This document shows positions 56,300 to 64,000 of a stretch of DNA of 64,000 bases, piece after piece; position 1 is the stretch's first letter; every line of letters begins with the position of its first letter. The stretch spans positions 8,836,483 through 8,900,482 of the forward strand of contig SMSO01000032.1 in the NCBI GenBank assembly GCA_004764695.1, written 5' to 3'. The position numbers and the translations under genes were made by a program. This stretch comes from Schizochytrium sp. TIO01 (lineage: Eukaryota; Protista; Bigyra: Labyrinthulomycetes). The notes beneath the pieces were generated by a model. That model saw only the letters and a list, made by a program, of their open reading frames with translations, made no database searches and was not told the origin of the DNA.

Positions 56300-56786
56300 T
56301 AACCACGAAGCTCCAAAGACTACAAGGGAAGCAAATCCAGACGCATCCACCGTCTACGAAGACATCGATAGAGGGATCCACTTCAACAGGCAGGGCTTGC
56401 TTGTCCTACTAGACTTTCCCCCAGATTCGTGCCCATTGGCTCTGTGAAAACTGCTGCGTTATCATTTTGACTAAATCTGGAAACTCAGCAAGTTGACAAG
56501 ATGGATCAAAATCAAGACGGCTCGAATGATGTGTCGTTCATTGGCTTCTGGCAAGTGCTCATTCACGAAGATGACGAGCTTATCCCCTGTCAGTGGTGCA
56601 AACTGGTTATTTGCCAAGAGAATTGTTGTACTTCAAGATCGTGCAATGAATGAATGCGGTACCATCCACGACGAGCTCGGAACATCAAATGTATCCTGAA
56701 AATGCAAACACGAAGTCGGTCGTGATATTCACGCCGCCAGAAACATTCTTTTATGCTATGTATGCATTCAAGAACACGATTATTGA
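56300..56786 (+). pseudogene. Decayed Fanzor2 / IS607-family TnpB-like RNA-guided nuclease (C-terminal half), transposon relic
   Basis: Across three + frames, in order: AHWLCENCCVIILTK (56431), ETQQ (56480), KTARMMC (56514), FWQVLIH, WCKLVICQENCCTSRSCNE (56594-56650), a 4-bp TGAA duplication, then CGTIHDELGTSNVS*KCKHEVGRDIHAARNILLCYV (56655-56762). This matches the Fanzor2/TnpB layout E-x-YTSKTC..CG...LG.SK.F.C..C....DRD.NAARNI. Confidence 0.8.
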
Positions 56787-57804
56787 AGAGTTGCCTTTGA
56801 AGCCGCGGATTAAGTAAGAGCTCGATTGAGCAATGAGCATTTTGGCTCCATAGGAAATGCAGGTTTTGCAAATATTATAGGTTAACTTCAAGTGTTCAGA
56901 GTGATCTGTCTTTGTATCTTTCCAAAGATCTGATCTCCCAAAAGAGCACGATGCCTGCAAATTGGAGAGAGGGGAACTCGGCTGTGGCCGGCAAGCTGGG
57001 TGACGAAGCGCATGATACCATCTCGATTCGATGCGGTCACTTAACTCTGCGACCTCAACCAAACTTGGAGCAGAGATACAGACAGAAAGACATGATCGTA
57101 GTCTCCTTCCTGCTGTTCACTAATTTTTAATTTAAAAAAAAATATATATATATATAATACTCTATTTCTAGCTAGGCCATTCATTTATAATTCTGCTTTT
57201 TATGTTTTAAGTTTTTCACTTACTTATTATTTTTATTTTTAATTTTCCTTTCCTGTTCTTTTAAAATGCCGAACCTTGAAAAGAATAGCTCCTATGCGAT
57301 AGTAACGGAGTCTAAAAAACCGCCTGAAATAAGAAAAGGGCACAATACCTACGACCTACGTAAAGGAAGATAAAATATTTAGAGCGCTTTGTAGTACGTA
57401 TACCAGAGAGCTTAATAGAATAAGACGGCGTATGGCTCGGAGGCTTCGTAGTAAAGCTATAGAAACAGTTGCGGTGATCAAGAAGATGAGAGAATATGTT
57501 GATAAGGTGGGGCTCCACTCGTAGCTGCCTAATAAACGGCGATTCCACCGTGGTAATCTATCTCAAAGCTCGGCGTTGCGCTTTGCGCCCTTCACGTTGA
57601 GGAGCAAGGGCGAGCTCTTCAAATGCTGACCGTGTCCTGCTCCTCGAGAGATCAGTTCTTTTTCTTTAATTCTTTGTGACTAAGCATCTACCTCTAGTCG
57701 GTTTTAAACTCAATCAAAAAAATAGCAAACAATAGTCTTTTCATCCATTCAACGGTGTCTCTTTGTTACTTACCTTTGGTCTGAGGAGTCAATCAATCAT
57801 TTCG

Positions 57805-57934
57805 ATCAATCTATCAATCTATCAATCTATCAATCTATCAATCTATCAATCTATCAATCTATCAATCTATCAATCTATCAATCTATCAATCTATCAATTA
57901 TCAATTATCAATTATCAATTATCAATTATCAATC
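57805..57934. repeat. (ATCAATCT)n to (ATCAATT)n compound repeat
   Basis: About 11 octamer units, then about 5 heptamer units. Confidence 0.92.
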
Positions 57935-60357
57935 ATCATTTTCAATTGGCGTTGAGCCGAGGAGGAGGAGGAGTTGAAGCACACCTGCTTCTAGGATAGC
58001 CAGGTATTCGCTCGGGAGAGCAGGAGAGGAAGAAGAAGGAGCTGCAGACGAAGCTCGAGCGGCTCGCCGGCACTCAGCTTACTTAAGCCAGGTGAATGCA
58101 AAAGCACAAAACTAAACAGGCACACTCAAATTTGATGAAAGCTTATATCTCAATTTTTTTTGTTTTTGCCCCCACCTCGCTCTGACTGAAAAGACGCCGT
58201 CGCTTCCTCTCTCCCTCTGGTTAGTTTTGTTTACATACAAAAAGCTCTCTCTGTCTCTGACTGACGGCAGCTAGCTGTAGAGAAAGAAAGCAACGCAGTG
58301 GCAAAGGTGTTGGCTGGCTTTGGCCGCAGCGAGAGAGGGGTCCTGTTGTACGCCATGGCGGCACACCCGCAGCGAAGGGTCTGCTCTGGTCTTGCCGACG
58401 GGGCCTTCGATTCGTCGCCCACGCAAGAATGAAATCGAAGCTCCTGCGCTTTCCGCGGCATCTTCGCTCGACGCAGGATTTATGACTGCTACTTCTCAGG
58501 CAATTTTTTCCCTTCTCGTGCTTGTTTATATACATCAACATTTACATTTTACTTTACAATAAATTATAATTTTCAAACATAGATGAGTAGCAAGTAAGAG
58601 CATCACTATCAAAAAACATTTGATCGTCATTTATGCATAGGCACTTGTGTACAAATGTTTTAAATAAAATGGGAAGAAAATGGAAAGAAGACACTTGTTG
58701 AGAATGTTTAAACGTTTAAAGCGTACTTTCTGCCGAGAGAGGGGGCTTTGGAAGCAACCCCTCTCAAGTTCTTCGCTGCACAACGGAAAGCGTGTGGGAG
58801 ATTTGCCGCCACTGGGCATGGTTTCTCCGTGAAGAGGTCAAGCTGCGGTGAAAGCAGCAGAAAGTCTGTGAGGGGGCTCGATAATCTGGCACCCACATCG
58901 GCAAATAAAACCATTTTCCGACTTTAAATGAGGGCAATTAGCTTTTCCGCTCGACTTTAGAATTGACCTGCCTCTTGCGTCTAGCAAACCAGACGCAGCA
59001 AGCGCGAGGCCGCGACCACGGCACACGAAGCTCGAGGCGCGACGGGGAGGCGGCAGCGACCGAGCCGACACCCTCGTGCTAGCAAGGAGGAGCAGGAACG
59101 CCCAGACGGAAAGACCGGCATCGCGAGCGAGATCGAAGGCTCCCGCTCATCGCCTCGTTCGCGCGTTCTCGTTTTCCTGCCTTCGCTTGGCGATTCTTTT
59201 CGCAGGCGCTCCGGCACCTCGACCCCGGAGGGCAGGCGGGCAGAGCTCAGGCCGCGGGGGCTCGCGGACTCTGGCTGGCTGGCTGGCTGGGCGAAGAGGG
59301 CCACCCGACCCGGAGCGAGCCGAGCCGGCGCGCTGGCGGCGAGGCAGGAAATCGATCGTGGCAGGCGAGCTAATAAGTAAAACAGCACACGGTTGAAGCA
59401 GAGAAAGAAAAGAAATCATTGATATTAGGACTCCTTTCTTTTAGTTGTTCTTTTTCAGACAGAGAGACAGAAAGGAAATAAGGAAGGGAGGAAGGAAGAA
59501 GAGCTTTTTCTTTTTCTTTTTCTTTTTCTTTTCATTTCATTTTATCTCTTCTTTTTTAAGAGGAAGAGAAACTTTTTCTTTTTCTTCTGCCTCTTCTTTT
59601 TCTTTTAACTTTAGAATTCAGATTCGACGACAGAAAGAAAGAGAACGAAAGAAAGAGAAAGAGTAAGAAAGAAAGAAAGAAAGAAAGGACTCGAAAGGGC
59701 CCCATCAACAAAGAGGCAAAGGCAAAAGCACGAAGCTACATTTTGCTCGGCAGAGAGAAGACCTTGGCTATTGGGTTGTTTTGCGAGCGCTGCGAGAGAC
59801 GGGCATAACCCGCAGAGGACCATAGACCGTCTCTCAAGAGCCTGTGGAGAGACGCCGCACCGAAGCAGAGACTTCGTGTGACGGCGTCCGGGCTCTCATT
59901 CATTGTTTGAGTGATACCTCACTCCTTTTTCAAAGGAAAGCTAGCATCCTACATTAGCGAGGCAGCCAGGCACTCACGCCTGCAACAAGCAAAGCCTTGC
60001 ACGGGAACGTGAAGAGTCGTGACGTTAGGTGGACCATCTTGGACTAAGTTGAGCGCGGAATTGACGTGCAAAAATCACTTTGTCGGCGTTTACCACACAC
60101 AAGAGGCTTTCTGTTTTTTTGTCTTGCTTAATAGTTCGCACCAGGCACGCCTCCATCGCTCGCTTCGCACTGTGTGTTCAGGCGTGTGAACTATTGTCGA
60201 AATCAGATCACCAAACGCTGCATTCGAGGGGTTTTCAGTCTTCCGCCGAAGACTAGTGAATCAACATCATTGCACCACATACCTGTATAAGAGAAGGTTC
60301 AATATTCACTACACTTGCTGATCGAGGCACATTTCATCAGCCAAGTTTTCTGCAACC

Positions 60358-60970
60358 ATGCAACAACCATCGGGGACAGTCTTTGAATCCATGAGGAAGC
60401 ATGGGTATCAATTCCAGAGCGTTCCCAGTAGTAGCAGCACCAACGGCACAAGCAATAACAATCATCATCATCATCACCACCAACAACAACAACAACAACA
60501 ACATCATCATCATCATCACCAACACATGAACTCAGGTTCATCGGATTCACATATTTTCGCCCCAATGAAATCAGTGGGGCCGCCGGTATACTCTGTTAAT
60601 GGCAACATGCATCCAAACGAGTCCTACACAAATCCTGCATCTTGGAAACCCTTTGACTCAGACTCAAGCGGCTCCTCAAATAACTACGACTCCGATCCAC
60701 AGATGAGCTCAACTACATTTTCGCAAGATCAAATGCAACGTTTGCAGCAACTCCTTAAACAACAATTTGATCGACGCGAAGCTCCCCAGCAGCAGCAACA
60801 GCAACAACAGCAAGGATCTCCATCGCAGTCATCAAATCAACTGAACCAGGACCAATCGCAAACGCCTGTGTCGTCAGGGCCATCTTCTTCATCTTCTTCA
60901 TCCTCCTCACCATTATCCCCTTCAAGAACACCACCAACAACACAGACTCAAGGTGGTTCTGTGAGTACTC

Positions 60971-61031
<61 letters not shown>

Positions 61032-61950
61032 GCAGCAGCAGCAGCAGCATACGCAAAACCATTTTACCCAAGCATGGAACAGCCAGCAACAAACACAGCA
61101 ACAACAGCCATCACAAATTATGAATACGTCAGTTCAAACGGTTAATCAAATGCAACCAAATATGTTGAATAGTCCACAGCAACAGAGGAGCTTCCAACCT
61201 TTAACAAATCAAGTTTCATTTAATCAGCAGCAACCACCGCAACAACAACAGCCGCAGCTTCAGCAACAGCAACAGCCTCAACAACAACAACAACAACAAG
61301 GGCCTGTACAAATGCAGTCGCAGATGATGCAAATGGTTCCGCAGCAAGCAGGAAACGGCCAGGGCATGATGATGCCTCAGTTTGTCCAGTACCAATTTCC
61401 TCAGCAAATGTCCCCAAACAACCAACAGCAGCAGTTCAATATACAAGGTCCAATGACCACAAATGGTGTGCCAACTTCCAGCACATCGGTAATGCAAAAT
61501 CCATCCATGGACGCAAACATGCAAAATTTTACTGGCCAGTTTGATCCAAATTCACAGTATGTAATTGCTAACCAGCAGCAACAGAATCAGCAACAGCCAC
61601 AGTTCTTCGCATCACAAGCCCCGAATTCTCAACAGTTCATGGTTCAGATGGGTTCACAAGGCCAGCAACCCATGATGACAATGATGAATGGAAACGACAA
61701 CCAGCAGTACATGATGACAATGATGAATGGAAACGACAACCAGCAGTACATGATGATCATGGACAATAACACTGGAGCCCCAACTGGAATGTACTTTGTT
61801 GCCCCCGGGAATAATGGTAATATGAACATGATGATGCAACAGCAACAGCAACAACCATTCTACGGTCAAATGTTTGCTGCTCCTCCTGGAGGTGGCCCGT
61901 TTTTCTTTCCGGGTAACATGCAAGTCATGCCCGGCGCGCAGCAACAACCA

Positions 61951-61985
<35 letters not shown>

Positions 61986-62385
61986 ACAACAACAGTTTCA
62001 GCGCGCGGACCAGAACAACCCTTCTCTATCAGACTACGATAGTCACCACTCCGGGTCGTCACGAACAGACTCTGGCACAACAACAAAATATTCTCATGGT
62101 TCAGATAAGGCATCTACTCTGAAAAGAAGGCTTGATGAAATGAATGCACGACAAAATTCCAGGGAGTTGAAGATGCGCAAGTCCAAGAGAGGGTCTTCGC
62201 GCTTTCATGGAGTCACATGGCATCGCCGTGACCGCCGTTGGATCGCTCGGGTTTGGCACCACGGACGGATTGTCCATTTAGGCTCATTTGTACTTGAAGA
62301 GGAAGCTGGTCGTGTTGTCACGGAGTGGCTCCAAGCGCATGGCCACACGCCTTCGACTGACATCTCTGAATCAAGCATCGACTAA
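60358..62385 (+). CDS. AP2-domain transcription factor with a long Gln/His/Ser-rich low-complexity region
   Basis: C-terminal AP2 domain SSRFHGVTWHRRDRRWIARVWHHGRIVHLGSFVLEEEAGR, preceded by basic KMRKSKR. Several polyQ tracts. Confidence 0.88.
61671..61756 (+). repeat. Exact 39-bp in-frame tandem duplication (MMTMMNGNDNQQY x2) inside the AP2 gene
   Basis: atgatgacaatgatgaatggaaacgacaaccagcagtac occurs twice in tandem. Confidence 0.95.
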
Positions 62386-64000
62386 GAGTTAAAGAGATCC
62401 CTGGCTAATAGCGCTGATTATCGCACGATTTATACATGCATGGGGAATAACTTGCCCTCTTTTTCGTGATACGCGTTCCTGTGATAGTATACGCCTGTGG
62501 TGTTCTGGAGCTGCTTGCGAATTCGTGAAATAATGGAAAGTTTTACAACTACAACAACAACAAGGGGGGGGAGAAGTAACTACGATCTCTGTCTCACGCA
62601 ATCTCACGCAAAAGATGATGTTTGCACATTAGCACATGCTGCTACATCTGCTTGAATTGCCTTCTGATTAATGACTATATATCCTTACGACTGTTCAAAT
62701 GACTTGCATTGGGCCAAGTTCTCTTACTGGAAATATAGAAAATGACTGATCGAATATACACCTATGAATGACATTTTTTGACGTTTACTTGATATTAGTA
62801 TTTCTCAAGATGTTTGCTTGGCTTTATGAAAAGTTATCAGTCCTTGCTATGTTCCAAACTTGCTGTACTCGAAGAGAGGCGTACATTCGCAACAAGGTGG
62901 AAATCCACCTGAACCTTGAACGGGTCTAATTGTATTCAGAAACTGGGTCATTCAGCACAGATAGTAAATGGATAGATAAGTAGATATATATTCGAAGTCC
63001 CGGTAGTTACAAACCAAATGGAAGCACATTTGCGAAGGAATTAGGAATCATAACACTCATATCTGGCGTTAATTTTGACACGTTCCTCTAAAAAGCATAC
63101 TCAAATTACATAAAGCTAACTGGAGTGAAACATGGGACCCCATATATGATCAAAGTCCCTTCAGATGTCTATCCATAAACAATATGTGTTTGAAATCTTG
63201 TTGGCATGATAAGCTTGGCGACTCACACTATCCTCAAGGTGATACATTCATCCAGTAGACGATAGTTAATGAGACATTACTCATAGAGTGTTATCTTTCA
63301 AATCTCAAACTCAACCTGTGTTAGAAACAATGAACCTTTTACTGCAGCATACCGCAAGTTGCACGCATCAGTGCAGCATAAGACCTCAGCGATTTAGTCA
63401 AAGACTGCTTCATGCCTACGACACTAGAGCTAAATTTGAAGCTCAAGGACAATCAATCTATAACATGGTTTAACTCGTCTAATTGCATACAACACATAGA
63501 GTGTGATTCATCATGCCAAGCAGGACAGTATTGGAATTCATAGCTCTTAAATAAACTAAGGAGTTTATCACTTGCACTAAGTGCACACCGAGCACATAGT
63601 GTGTGAATCACCAAGCCAAGCCAGGTGTCTTAGTATTTGCAGCTCTTTTGCAGCTCTTATATCAATTAAGAAGTTGCTCCTTGCATTTAACTTCAGACAG
63701 CGCAGAAAGAGTTACCCACCATTATAAGCCAGGAACAACATGCATCACATCACTACCTTTAACTCCCACGCAAACAACCAAACTTACCGTATGTGAATTC
63801 TCTCTTTTTGTTGGAACTCCAATTCAATCAGGAGATTAGCATACAAATTGCGACTTATTTTGAATTAAAAGTAGGTTACAGTATAGTTAGAAGGCTTTAA
63901 CCCAACTCCTATATATCTGCGATATTTAGACAGCAGAAAGTCGAGATTCTCCTTATGATGTGTACTCAATATGAAATCTCGCGAGCTTTGTCATGTTAAA

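Noticed and set aside
62400-64000. Short ORFs at the window end
   Set aside because: No recognisable motifs and non-ATG starts; likely intergenic or UTR.

Overview
Eukaryotic genomic DNA with few introns and many microsatellites. The gene content (IFT88, an AP2-domain factor, class-A-like GPCRs, an LPCAT) and the repeat landscape fit a flagellated stramenopile such as a thraustochytrid; this is an inference. The first ~41 kb are gene-dense: a 5'-truncated zipper protein with a possible START-like domain, two divergently transcribed rhodopsin-like GPCR paralogues, an ALDH, THOC5, an ankyrin-WW-kinesin-14, a CPSF30-like CCCH-YTH-DCD-KH protein, an orphan ending in half a RING motif, an aldo-keto reductase, an LPCAT, IFT88, a VPS16 ending in the CaaX motif CAQQ, and a two-exon DCP2. 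A ~19 kb gene-poor, microsatellite-packed stretch follows, then a Gln-rich AP2 transcription factor. The most notable signal is inside that stretch and is not visible as a single ORF: a frameshifted relic of a Fanzor2/IS607-TnpB-type RNA-guided nuclease at ~56300-56786. Its RuvC-II, zinc-finger and RuvC-III motifs are readable across three frames, and a candidate omegaRNA/right-end region follows. All calls come from manual motif recognition; no database searches were run.
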